NCBI GenBank assembly: GCA_008081395.1
Contig: VMCJ01000026.1
Span: forward strand, 1 to 56,958
Source: Rhodospirillales bacterium
GTDB taxonomy: Bacteria > Pseudomonadota > Alphaproteobacteria > Bin95
Direction of reading: 5' to 3'
Length of the DNA: 56,958 nt
Part shown: positions 38,936 through 47,772 of the stretch, piece after piece
How the letters are laid out: every line of letters starts with the position of its first letter
Position numbering within the stretch: position 1 is the first letter of the stretch
Notes under the pieces: generated by a model
The model's input: only the letters and a program-made list of their open reading frames with translations
Databases searched by the model: none
What the model was told of the DNA's origin: nothing
Translations under genes and position numbers: made by a program

Positions 38936-40437
38936 TCTGCGGCCTGTTCTATGGGTAAGCCACTTGATGCACCAATAAGCCCTTCATCTTGATCAACAAG
39001 TCGACTTGGGTATTCGCCTGTGAAACAAGCATCACAATATTGTGGTTGTTCAGTTTTCCTGCCAGTGGGTTCTCCCATCGCACGATAAAGGCCATCTAGG
39101 GATACAAAAGCCAAACTGTCGGCTTTTATTTGTTTAGCCATCTCGTCTAATGAGTACCGGGCTGCCAGCAGCTCTGACCGGTCTGGTGTATCAATGCCAT
39201 AGAAGCAGGGATTAGTAGTAGGTGGGCTGGAGATGCGCATATGGACTTCAGCTGCTCCAGCCCTGCGCACTAAGTCAACGATCTTTGCCGAAGTGGTACC
39301 GCGCACAATTGAGTCATCAACCAATACCACCCTCTTGCCCTTAAGGACGCCTCCATTTGCGCTGTGTTTCATGCGGACCCCGAGGTCGCGGATAGATTGT
39401 GTGGGTTGGATGAATGTGCGTCCCACATAGTGGCTTCTAATAATACCAAGCTCAAACGGCACATTTGCCTCTGTTGCATAACCAATTGCCGCTGGCACTC
39501 CAGAGTCTGGCACTGGTACTACAACATCAGCACCGTTAGCTGGATGAGACTCTTCCGCGAGTTCTTTCCCAATGAGTTTCCGTGTTTCGTAAACTGAACG
39601 ACCGCCAATCACGCTATCGGGACGAGCAAAGTAGATATGCTCAAAAATACACGGCTTTGGCACGGCAGGTGGAAATGGGTTTAGGCTAGTAATTCCATTA
39701 TCATCTATGACAACCATTTCACCTGGATTTAATTCTCGCACAAATTCGGCGCCTAACAGATCAAACGCGCAACTTTCACTAGCTAGTACGTAGGCGTCCC
39801 CGCCACCGACTGCTTGGCCAACGATACGGCCCAGAGCTAATGGGCGAACGCCCATAGGATCACGGACACCAATCAGCTTTTTGGGGCTAAGTGCTACTAG
39901 AGAGTAGGCTCCGTCCATTTGTGTCAACGCATCAACTACTCTTTCCGCCAGAGTGGAACGCACGCTTCGGGCAATAAGGTGAATTATGACCTCAGTATCG
40001 CTGGACGACTGGAAGATAGAGCCTTCTGCTACTAAACGATGACGGATCTTTAAAGCGTTGGTTAAATTGCCATTATGAGCAACAGCAAAACCTCCGAAAG
40101 CAAATTCAGCAAACATTGGCTGAATATTACTTGTCATATCCTCGCCGGTTGTGGCGTAGCGATTGTGGCCTATCGCACCGCCACCTTTTAGCCCCTCAAT
40201 CCTCTCTGGAGAGCCAAAAACGCGTTCCACATGTCCGCGGCCTTTTCGAGAATAAAAGCGCCCTTCTGAGCGGTCATGAGATACGATGCCGCTTGCCTCT
40301 TGTCCCCGGTGTTGAAGGGCGTGCAAGCCCAGGGCTGCTAGCTTAGCTGCCCCTACAGCATTCCAAACTCCCACAATTGCACATTCTTCATGCAGCTTGT
40401 CGTCGTCAGCATACTTGGGGCGGCGCGCGTTAAGCAT
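38932..40437 (-). CDS. purF: Amidophosphoribosyltransferase
   Basis: 501 aa. Propeptide followed by nucleophile Cys (HEECAIVGV), PRTase motif VVLVDDSIVRGTT, and C-terminal Fe-S Cys residues. Confidence 0.95.
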   Translation of the reverse strand: MLNARRPKYADDDKLHEECAIVGVWNAVGAAKLAALGLHALQHRGQEASGIVSHDRSEGRFYSRKGRGHVERVFGSPERIEGLKGGGAIGHNRYATTGEDMTSNIQPMFAEFAFGGFAVAHNGNLTNALKIRHRLVAEGSIFQSSSDTEVIIHLIARSVRSTLAERVVDALTQMDGAYSLVALSPKKLIGVRDPMGVRPLALGRIVGQAVGGGDAYVLASESCAFDLLGAEFVRELNPGEMVVIDDNGITSLNPFPPAVPKPCIFEHIYFARPDSVIGGRSVYETRKLIGKELAEESHPANGADVVVPVPDSGVPAAIGYATEANVPFELGIIRSHYVGRTFIQPTQSIRDLGVRMKHSANGGVLKGKRVVLVDDSIVRGTTSAKIVDLVRRAGAAEVHMRISSPPTTNPCFYGIDTPDRSELLAARYSLDEMAKQIKADSLAFVSLDGLYRAMGEPTGRKTEQPQYCDACFTGEYPSRLVDQDEGLIGASSGLPIEQAAE

Positions 40438-40461
40438 CAGATTTGTCTCCTGCGAACAAGC

Positions 40462-41118
40462 TCATTTTGCATCTCGAATTAGCTGGTCCATTGCGTTGCG
40501 TTCTTTAGCGTTGTAGCCGCTCTCGTCATTTTTTTTCTTAGTAATCGCTTTAGGTGCAATTAAACCCTCAAGCAATTTGTTGTCAGCTGTCTCTTTCGCG
40601 TTATCAGCAGCGTCTTGGCCTTTCGCTCGCCATTCTTCGGGCAGGGCTTGCTCAAGCATTGCTGATGCTTCTTTAATCAAAGGCATTGTTTTTGCCTCAG
40701 TTATCCATTCGGGATGGTCGCGTTCAGGAATTGTCCACGCAAGCGCTAGATAAGCCACCACCACAATAATTGCACCGCGAGCCAGGCCAAACATAAGGCC
40801 TAAAGATCGATTGATTGCTCCCAGACCGTCACCACTCTCAAATGCACGAGAGATTGCGCGGCTTACTATTGCAAGAATCAGAAACGTTCCAATGAATAAC
40901 AGTGCGCCAGCTGCGGCATCAGCTACTAGAGGGGACGGTATGTAGAGACCAACAGGTTCTCGAGCCAATGAGTAAAAAGCAACTGAGCTTGAGCTTGCTC
41001 CGATCCAGACGCCAATTCCAAGTACCTCGCGGAGAAGCCCGTGCATAAATGCAAGAACCCCGCTTAGCAGAACTATTGCGGCAACAATCAAGTCAAGGGT
41101 GTGGAGGTCGCTATACAT
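40462..41118 (-). CDS. cvpA: CvpA-family membrane protein
   Basis: 218 aa. N-terminal TM helices with the CvpA pattern (LDLIVAAIVLLSGVLAFMHGLLREV) and the conserved position upstream of purF. Confidence 0.85.
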   Translation of the reverse strand: MYSDLHTLDLIVAAIVLLSGVLAFMHGLLREVLGIGVWIGASSSSVAFYSLAREPVGLYIPSPLVADAAAGALLFIGTFLILAIVSRAISRAFESGDGLGAINRSLGLMFGLARGAIIVVVAYLALAWTIPERDHPEWITEAKTMPLIKEASAMLEQALPEEWRAKGQDAADNAKETADNKLLEGLIAPKAITKKKNDESGYNAKERNAMDQLIRDAK

Positions 41119-41135
41119 TGGCTCCGAATCGATTG

Positions 41136-42569
41136 TTAGTCATCGTAGCGATCGGTCCAATCTGATGTTTTCGGAGCTTTAAGCAAGGGCTGCGCTGCAA
41201 TCAATTGAACTAATTTATCTATTCTATTGATTTTAGTGATACGGAGCTTCGAGGATTTGGCATCACCAGGTACCGCTGCTTCGCTAAAACCAAGGCGTTC
41301 AGCTTCATCTAGGCGGGATTTTGCTTGAGGCGCGGGGCGTACTTCACCAGATAAAGCGAGTTCCCCATAGAAAACTGACTCATTTGGAACTGGTCGCTCT
41401 AATAATGCAGAAACAAGGGCAGCGGCTGCGGCTAGATCTGCCGCCGGCTCCTCTAGTTTTAATCCACCAGCAACCGATAAGAACACATCCCGTCCAGAAA
41501 AGGGTAGGCCTGCACGACTTTCTAGAACGGCTAGTGTCATGGCTAATCGCGCTGAGTCCCAGCCAACCACAGCACGTCTGGGAGAGGCAGGACTAGGGTT
41601 TCCTACTAGGGCTTGAACCTCAACTAATAGAGGCCGTGCTCCGCGGAACCCAGCGAAAACCGCTGCGCCAGTTACAGGATCTCGGTCTTGGCGCTCTGCT
41701 AGGAATAGAGTGGATGGATTAGGTACTTCCTTGAGGCCTAGCCCTGTCATTTCGAACACACCTAGCGCATCTGCTGGTCCAAATCGGTTCTTAACGGCGC
41801 GAAGTATCCGGTAGTGTTGGCTTGAGTCGCCTTCAAAATAAAGGACGGCATCAACCATGTGTTCGAGTACACGTGGGCCTGCGATAGCCCCATCCTTGGT
41901 GACGTGCCCAACCAGGATAAGAGCAGCATTAGACTGTTTGGCAGCTGTGATTAAAACCTGCGCCGATGCCCGAACTTGAGCCACAGACCCAGGCGCTGAC
42001 TCTACGCCTTCTGCATACATCGTTTGGATTGAGTCTATTACAATTAGTTTTAAGCCTCTGTTGGCTTTAATTGTTGCTGCAGCAGCATCTGCTGAAGTGG
42101 CGGTTGCAAGTCCAACGGCTGCATTAGCCAGTCCAAGTCGTTCAGCGCGTCCACGGATCTGGTCAATCCCTTCTTCGCCAGAGACATACACGACTTCATG
42201 CCCACCATTTGCTACACCACCAAGTGCTTGCAGTAAGAGGGTTGATTTGCCAATTCCAGGATCACCTCCCAAGAGCACCGCACCCCCTGCCACCAGACCG
42301 CCGCCGAGAGCGCGGTCAAGCTCATGGATTCCCGTCGATGTTCTTGGCTGTGGAGGAGTGCCGCCTGTTAGTTGTTCCAGAGCAAGTGGTGGAGTTCGAA
42401 GTTTAGCTCGTGCTGCGGTTGCCTTTGTCCCGCCGATGGGTGCTGCACTCGCTGTGCCCACTTCTTCAACAATAGAGTTCCATGCCTCGCAAGCCTCACA
42501 CTTGCCGGACCAGCGTCCTGACACAGAACCGCAAGATTGGCATACATAGCGAGAAGAGCTTCGCGCCAT
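41136..42569 (-). CDS. radA: DNA repair protein RadA/Sms
   Basis: 477 aa. Zn-finger YVCQSCGS...GKCEACEAWNS, Walker A GDPGIGKST, KNRFG motif, and a Lon-like C-terminal domain. Confidence 0.95.
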   Translation of the reverse strand: MARSSSRYVCQSCGSVSGRWSGKCEACEAWNSIVEEVGTASAAPIGGTKATAARAKLRTPPLALEQLTGGTPPQPRTSTGIHELDRALGGGLVAGGAVLLGGDPGIGKSTLLLQALGGVANGGHEVVYVSGEEGIDQIRGRAERLGLANAAVGLATATSADAAAATIKANRGLKLIVIDSIQTMYAEGVESAPGSVAQVRASAQVLITAAKQSNAALILVGHVTKDGAIAGPRVLEHMVDAVLYFEGDSSQHYRILRAVKNRFGPADALGVFEMTGLGLKEVPNPSTLFLAERQDRDPVTGAAVFAGFRGARPLLVEVQALVGNPSPASPRRAVVGWDSARLAMTLAVLESRAGLPFSGRDVFLSVAGGLKLEEPAADLAAAAALVSALLERPVPNESVFYGELALSGEVRPAPQAKSRLDEAERLGFSEAAVPGDAKSSKLRITKINRIDKLVQLIAAQPLLKAPKTSDWTDRYDD

Positions 42570-42573
42570 GTCC

Positions 42574-43347
42574 CTATTGCCGAATTGTCATTTGAATAGG
42601 GCCCTCTCCGCGGCCATGAACAAATTGGTCGACATAGTCGTTCCCGGGATTGTCGAGATTGCTGACCGGCTCATGCCAAATGATCTGGCCTTGGTATAGC
42701 ATCGCGACTTTATCCGCGATTGTGCGCGCGCTTCTCATATCATGAGTAATGGTAACTGCTGTTGCTCCAAGATCTCGCACACAAGAAATAATAAGTTGGT
42801 TGATAACATCACTCATGATGGGATCAAGACCGGTCGTCGGCTCGTCAAAAAAGATGATTTCGGGCTCATCTATGATTGCTCGCGCTAAAGCAACACGCTT
42901 TTGCATGCCGCCAGATAATTCTGATGGGGAAAGGTCAGCGACCGTTTTATCAAGTCCCACTCGCCCCAGCACCTCTATTGCGCGAGATCGAGCTGTGGTG
43001 CCTCTAGCAGAGCCCGTCTGCATTAAACCGAAGGCAACATTTTCCCAAACGGAAATACTGTCAAAAAGAGCACCTCCTTGAAACAGCATGCCAATTTTTG
43101 AATTGATGGCCTCCCGCTCGTGGGAAGAGCAGCCAACGATATTTTGGCTATCAACTATGACTTCACCACTATCTGGTTTTGTAATTCCCAGGACAGATTT
43201 GATTAGTACAGACTTACCTGAGCCTGACCCTCCAATGACGACTAAGGACTCGCCTTCCAGAACATTTAAATTGATGCCTCGAAGAACTTGCTTCTCTGCA
43301 AATGCCAAATGGACGTCGCGCCAAACAATTTTCGACTTATCAATCAT
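42574..43347 (-). CDS. mlaF: ABC transporter ATP-binding protein, MlaF-like
   Basis: Walker A GGSGSGKS, signature LSGGMQKR, Walker B IFFDEPTTGLD. ATG 43347 overlaps the mlaE stop (ATGA). The track ORF (43476) is an extension into mlaE. Confidence 0.9.
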   Translation of the reverse strand: MIDKSKIVWRDVHLAFAEKQVLRGINLNVLEGESLVVIGGSGSGKSVLIKSVLGITKPDSGEVIVDSQNIVGCSSHEREAINSKIGMLFQGGALFDSISVWENVAFGLMQTGSARGTTARSRAIEVLGRVGLDKTVADLSPSELSGGMQKRVALARAIIDEPEIIFFDEPTTGLDPIMSDVINQLIISCVRDLGATAVTITHDMRSARTIADKVAMLYQGQIIWHEPVSNLDNPGNDYVDQFVHGRGEGPIQMTIRQ

Positions 43348-44117
43348 TTGGAGAAGAAGCTCTCGGTAATTACGTAATTTGCTACCAGGATAAGAATAGC
43401 AGAAGAAACAACAGCGTTGGTGGTTGCTATTCCAACCCCTTGTGCTCCCCCGCGGCTCATATATCCGTGGTAACAACCCATGAGCGTCACAATAAAACCA
43501 AAGACTGCAGCTTTAACCAACCCTGAAACTACATCCAAAGTTTCAATAAAATTCCAAGTTTGCTCGATATATCCAACGGCATTGAAGCCTAGTCTGTATA
43601 CACCAACAAGATAGCCGCCCATCACTCCTATGATATCTCCTATAAGCACCAGAATGGGGAGCATGGTTAAGCCGGCAATTATTCTCGGAACAACTAGATA
43701 TTTCATTGGATGCGTCGAAAGGGTTGAAAGCGCATCGATCTGTTCTGTCACGCGCATGGTGCCAATTTCGGCAGCCATAGACGCTCCGATGCGGCCTGCA
43801 ACCATTAGGCCGGCTAATACTGGAGCGAGTTCCCGCGTCATTGAAAGAACAACGACATTCGCAACCGCACTTTCAGCCGAAAATCTTGCAAAGCCAGTGT
43901 AGCTTTGAAGTGCGAGAACCATTCCGGAAAACAGTGTTGTGAGTGCAACTACAGGTAAGCAGTAGAAACCAACTTCTATCAACTGGCGAAGTATTTGCTT
44001 GCCATAAAAAGGAGGGCGAAGACAATGCGATAGTCCACTGCCAGCGAAAGCTGCTACCCGACCTGTAGCGGCTAGAAAAGTTAGTACAACGCTTCCTATG
44101 CCGGAAAATAACTTCAT
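43344..44117 (-). CDS. mlaE: ABC transporter permease, MlaE family
   Basis: 257 aa. MTRELAPVLAGLMVAGRIGASMAAEIGTMRVTEQIDAL and GGAQGVGIATTNAVV are hallmark MlaE motifs. Confidence 0.9.
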   Translation of the reverse strand: MKLFSGIGSVVLTFLAATGRVAAFAGSGLSHCLRPPFYGKQILRQLIEVGFYCLPVVALTTLFSGMVLALQSYTGFARFSAESAVANVVVLSMTRELAPVLAGLMVAGRIGASMAAEIGTMRVTEQIDALSTLSTHPMKYLVVPRIIAGLTMLPILVLIGDIIGVMGGYLVGVYRLGFNAVGYIEQTWNFIETLDVVSGLVKAAVFGFIVTLMGCYHGYMSRGGAQGVGIATTNAVVSSAILILVANYVITESFFSK

Positions 44118-45220
44118 ATCGCACCCTCATAGTTTCGGGCGTACCGGCGGCCAATACTCGTGAGAATTTCATAACCAATTGTGCCAGCAGAGGTTGCGAG
44201 TTCATCTGCTGACTGTTTCTCGCCGATAATCTCTGCGTAAGTAGTTTTATCCAGCAATCTTTCGGGTATGTGGCTCACGTCAACCGCAATCAAATCCATT
44301 GATACTCGCCCTATGATAGGCGCTGGTTCATTACAAATGAAGACATTGCCGACTCCACTTAAAGATCGAGTTAGTCCGTCCGCATATCCTGCGCCAAGCG
44401 TAGCTATCACAGAGCCCGCTTTAGCTATTGCAGTCGCTCCATACCCGACACTTTCCTGTCGGGTTAATCTTCGGATCTGAAGGATCCGCACATTTAGTGT
44501 TACTACCCGCTGCATTGGGTTGAGTCTATCTGGTGTTGGGTTGAGGCCATAAAGTGCCATGCCTGGCCTGACAGAGTTCTGGAGAAATGATCCCCCCATG
44601 AAAATACCGCTAGAATTGGCAAGGCTTCTGCGCATAGCTGAAGGTATTCCGCTAGTTGCCTTTTCAAAACGATCGAGTTGAATTTTGTTCATGTGATGAG
44701 AAGGTTCATCCGCACAGGCCAAATGGCTTGAAAATTCCTCGACTTTTGATTGTTCTTCAGAGCTCAAGTCGCGCCACATTCCGTCTATCGATGTGTCATC
44801 AAACCCCAGCCGTGTAATTCCAGTATCGAAGTGAAGATTGGCTTTAGGAGGATTGATTGTTTCCTTCCAATAGCCCAGCGCCTCCTCATTGTTGAGTGTA
44901 ACTACAAGTTCAGCAGCAGTAGCCGCTTTGAGTCCCTCTGGTAACGTGGGGGATAGAACAACAATTTCCGCATTGGGCAGTATCTGCCTTAGTTCCAGCC
45001 CTTCATCAATTTGAGCAACATAGAAACGCCGAGCGCCAATTTCCCAAAGAGATTGTGCCACTTGAGTGATGCCAAGGCCGTAGGCATTTGATTTTACTAC
45101 CGCCCCTGTCTCTGCAGGATTTGATAGGCTAGCAAGTAATTTCCAATTCGCTTGAATGGCGGCAAGATCAACGGTGAGAACACCGGACGCTTGATTAGAA
45201 GTCAGGGTAGTCGCCGCCAT
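44114..45220 (-). CDS. alr: Alanine racemase
   Basis: PLP-Lys region AVVKSNAYGLG and C-terminal ..GRVSMD motif. The track start 45235 is GTG. ATG 45220 gives MAATTLTS.. Either start overlaps the dnaB 3' end. Confidence 0.9.
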   Translation of the reverse strand: MAATTLTSNQASGVLTVDLAAIQANWKLLASLSNPAETGAVVKSNAYGLGITQVAQSLWEIGARRFYVAQIDEGLELRQILPNAEIVVLSPTLPEGLKAATAAELVVTLNNEEALGYWKETINPPKANLHFDTGITRLGFDDTSIDGMWRDLSSEEQSKVEEFSSHLACADEPSHHMNKIQLDRFEKATSGIPSAMRRSLANSSGIFMGGSFLQNSVRPGMALYGLNPTPDRLNPMQRVVTLNVRILQIRRLTRQESVGYGATAIAKAGSVIATLGAGYADGLTRSLSGVGNVFICNEPAPIIGRVSMDLIAVDVSHIPERLLDKTTYAEIIGEKQSADELATSAGTIGYEILTSIGRRYARNYEGAI

Positions 45221-46682
45221 GGGTTTCAAGATCACTAAACTTAGTCCGAGCGCCGTCGAATGCTAGTTCAACCTTATCTGTTGGTCCATGCCTTTGCTTG
45301 GCAATTATAACTTCGGCCTTTCCATGCACGCGCTCCATTTCGGACTGCCATTGTACATGTTCTTCAGAACCTTCAGGCGGTTCTTTGCGCTGCAGATAAT
45401 AGTCATCACGGTAGATGAACATTACTACGTCAGCGTCCTGTTCAATCGAACCAGACTCTCGAAGATCAGCAAGCTGGGGGCGTTTATCTTCCCGCTGTTC
45501 AACAGCTCTAGAAAGCTGGGACAGAGCTAGAACAGGAACGTTTAATTCTTTGGCAATAGCCTTAAGGCCTCGTGTAATCTCTGAAATTTCCTGAACGCGA
45601 TTGTCAGTCCGAACTGTTCGAGGCGGCTGCATTAGCTGCAGATAGTCTACAACGATAAGGTCTAGTCGTTTTTCAGTGCGGAGAAGGCGTCTGGCCCGGG
45701 TTCGTAAAGACGTAATGCTAATTGCTGGAGTGTCATCCATGAAAATACCAAGGCGTGCTAAATCTTCTGACGCCTGAAAGACCTTATCAAAATCATGCTG
45801 ATCAATTTCGCCTCTTCTGATTTTATCAGACGGAACCCCTGTCTCCTCGGCAAGGATGCGAAGGGCAAGTTGCTCTGATGACATCTCCAGGGAGAAAAGC
45901 GCTATCACATGCCCGCGCTGTTTTTCGCCATCCAAAACTTGAGCTTTTGCGGCGTTGAAAGCGATGTTGACTGCGAGTGAACTCTTTCCCATGCCCGGTC
46001 TGCCGGCGAGGATTAAGAGGTCTGACTTTTGAAGGCCACCAAGAAGTTCATTGAGACGCCGAAACCCTGTGGGAGTGCCGGTTAACTTGCCCTCCCGAGC
46101 GAACGCACTTTCAGCCATTTCAATCGCAGCAGCTAAGGTATTGCCGAAAGACTGAAATCCGGCATCCACTTTTCCAGTTTCCGCCAACTCGAAAAGGCGC
46201 TGTTCAGTGGTTTCTATTAGGACTTCACCATCTAACTCTGGGTCTGCCCCATAAGCTTCGTTGACTGTATCTGTACCAATTTCAATTAGCTGCCGGCGTA
46301 TGTGCAGATCATGCACAAGGCGGGCGTAGTCTGCAGCATCAATTATATTTGCAGCGCCTGCGGCCAATTCTGCCAGGTATCTGGCCCCACCAAGGTCTGA
46401 TAGCGTTTCATCGTTTTCGAATTGGCGGCGTAGCGTTGTTGGGGTAGCCTGACGGCCGGCTTCGACCAGACGCTGCATTGCTGAGAATATGCGCTGATGA
46501 GCAGCGTCTGCGAATGAATCAGCGTCAATTATGTCTGCAACTCGATCGAATGCACTGTTGTTCACTAGGAGAGTGCCAAGCAGCGCCATTTCCACTTCCA
46601 CGTCAGCGGGAAGAGAGCGAGCAGGAGTTATCTCTTCGGGTCCCGAAGGAGAAATTGAGGCTATTTCAAGGACGTCATTCAT
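45195..46682 (-). CDS. dnaB: Replicative DNA helicase DnaB
   Basis: LP...E.E.ALLG..L.NN and Walker A AGRPGMGKS, plus a RecA-like C-terminal domain. Start is ATG 46682, or GTG 46691 as in the track. Confidence 0.95.
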   Translation of the reverse strand: MNDVLEIASISPSGPEEITPARSLPADVEVEMALLGTLLVNNSAFDRVADIIDADSFADAAHQRIFSAMQRLVEAGRQATPTTLRRQFENDETLSDLGGARYLAELAAGAANIIDAADYARLVHDLHIRRQLIEIGTDTVNEAYGADPELDGEVLIETTEQRLFELAETGKVDAGFQSFGNTLAAAIEMAESAFAREGKLTGTPTGFRRLNELLGGLQKSDLLILAGRPGMGKSSLAVNIAFNAAKAQVLDGEKQRGHVIALFSLEMSSEQLALRILAEETGVPSDKIRRGEIDQHDFDKVFQASEDLARLGIFMDDTPAISITSLRTRARRLLRTEKRLDLIVVDYLQLMQPPRTVRTDNRVQEISEITRGLKAIAKELNVPVLALSQLSRAVEQREDKRPQLADLRESGSIEQDADVVMFIYRDDYYLQRKEPPEGSEEHVQWQSEMERVHGKAEVIIAKQRHGPTDKVELAFDGARTKFSDLETHGGDYPDF

Positions 46683-46913
46683 AGGCCGCACTCTACTTGT
46701 AGGGACGTTGGGTGCAATGTCACTTTTTTGTTTAAACGAGTGGAAAACGGGGATTGAATTGTAAAAGCCTTTGATTTTTCTGCAGCAATCGCCATAACTA
46801 AGCGAATCTCATCACTTCGGTTTAGTGATTTGCCTTACATCGCGTCTTGTCTGTGGTGTATGGAAATACCTGTTTTGAAAAATCTCACCTCTCCAAGAAG
46901 GAGTGCCTACCTG

Positions 46914-47552
46914 ATGCCCGGTCCATTAATGCCTCAGGCGACTGCAGTCTGGTTAATTGATAACACTACGCTGACCTTTGAGCAGGTTGGTGAGTTTTGC
47001 AGCTTGCACCCGTTAGAAGTACAGGCACTGGCTGATGGTGATATTGGTCAAGGCATCAAGGGTCGTGATCCGCTTGCTTCCGGCGAGCTTTCGCGAGATT
47101 TGATTAAGGCTTGTGAGGAAGATCCGTCTAAAAAATTGATGCTCTCGAAGCTCGATGTTCCGCGTGCCGCGGAACGTACAAAAGGACCACGCTACACTCC
47201 TGTAGCAAAGCGTCAGGATAAACCTGATGGCATTGCTTGGATTGTGCGAAATCATTCTGAGCTCGCGGACTCTCAGATAGTGCGCCTTATCGGAACAACC
47301 AAAACGACGATAGCGGCGGTTCGAGACCGCACGCATTGGAATAGCGCTAATATCCATGCTCGGCATCCGGTCGACCTAGGGCTCTGCACGTATATGGATC
47401 TCTCAACTGCTGTTGAAAAAGCGCGCTCTAAGCTTTCAAGTGAAGACCGGGAATCATTAGAGGCTAAAGATCGTGCGAGAATGGAAGCGTCCTCCACATC
47501 AGAAGAAGACGCAAAGAAAGCTCCTTCGATTGAGGATCTTTTCCGGCACTAG
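46914..47552 (+). CDS. DUF1013-family protein (alphaproteobacterial conserved protein)
   Basis: PLMPQATAVWLIDNTTLTFEQVGEFCSLHPLEVQALADGD..QGIKG matches my memory of the DUF1013 N-terminus. AAGAAGGAG RBS before ATG 46914. The track start 46830 is an upstream extension. Confidence 0.75.
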   Translation: MPGPLMPQATAVWLIDNTTLTFEQVGEFCSLHPLEVQALADGDIGQGIKGRDPLASGELSRDLIKACEEDPSKKLMLSKLDVPRAAERTKGPRYTPVAKRQDKPDGIAWIVRNHSELADSQIVRLIGTTKTTIAAVRDRTHWNSANIHARHPVDLGLCTYMDLSTAVEKARSKLSSEDRESLEAKDRARMEASSTSEEDAKKAPSIEDLFRH

Positions 47553-47609
47553 TACTTAGCTGATAGACACTTTTTAAAAATTCGCTCCAAAAAAAGTGTT
47601 GAATGATAC

Positions 47610-47664
47610 GTTCAGCCTCTGGGATCTAGATGGATTTTTAGATCTCAGCTTGCTGAACTTTCTT
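47610..47664 (+). terminator. Composite Rho-independent terminator after the DUF1013 gene
   Basis: The outer stem GTTCAGC (47610-47616) / GCTGAAC (47652-47658) encloses the inner stem CTGGGATCTA / TAGATCTCAG (one G.U). TTTCTT follows. Confidence 0.6.
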
Positions 47665-47704
47665 CATTAGTTCATGCAGTAGCAGGCAACGGTGTTGCTA
47701 ATTA

Positions 47705-47754
47705 TTGACCGTTTGCGACTAAGTTTTGATAAACTATCGACTCGTCCATAGTTT
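47705..47754 (+). promoter_or_regulatory. Candidate sigma70-type promoter plus overlapping inverted repeat upstream of the acyl-CoA synthetase
   Basis: TTGACC (47705-47710), a 17-nt spacer, then GATAAA (47728-47733). A 7-bp inverted repeat AAACTAT-N10-ATAGTTT (47731-47754) follows immediately. Confidence 0.3.
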
Positions 47755-47772
47755 CAAAGCGAACCATCAGCC

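Noticed and set aside
42061-42549. Long antisense ORFs inside real genes, for example 42061-42549 in radA, 25675-26157 in tig, 20332-21060 in lon, 23139-23585 in clpX, 14810-15289 and 29843-30440.
   Set aside because: They are Pro/Ser/Arg/Ala-rich shadow frames fully contained in well-supported genes on the opposite strand, with no recognisable motifs.
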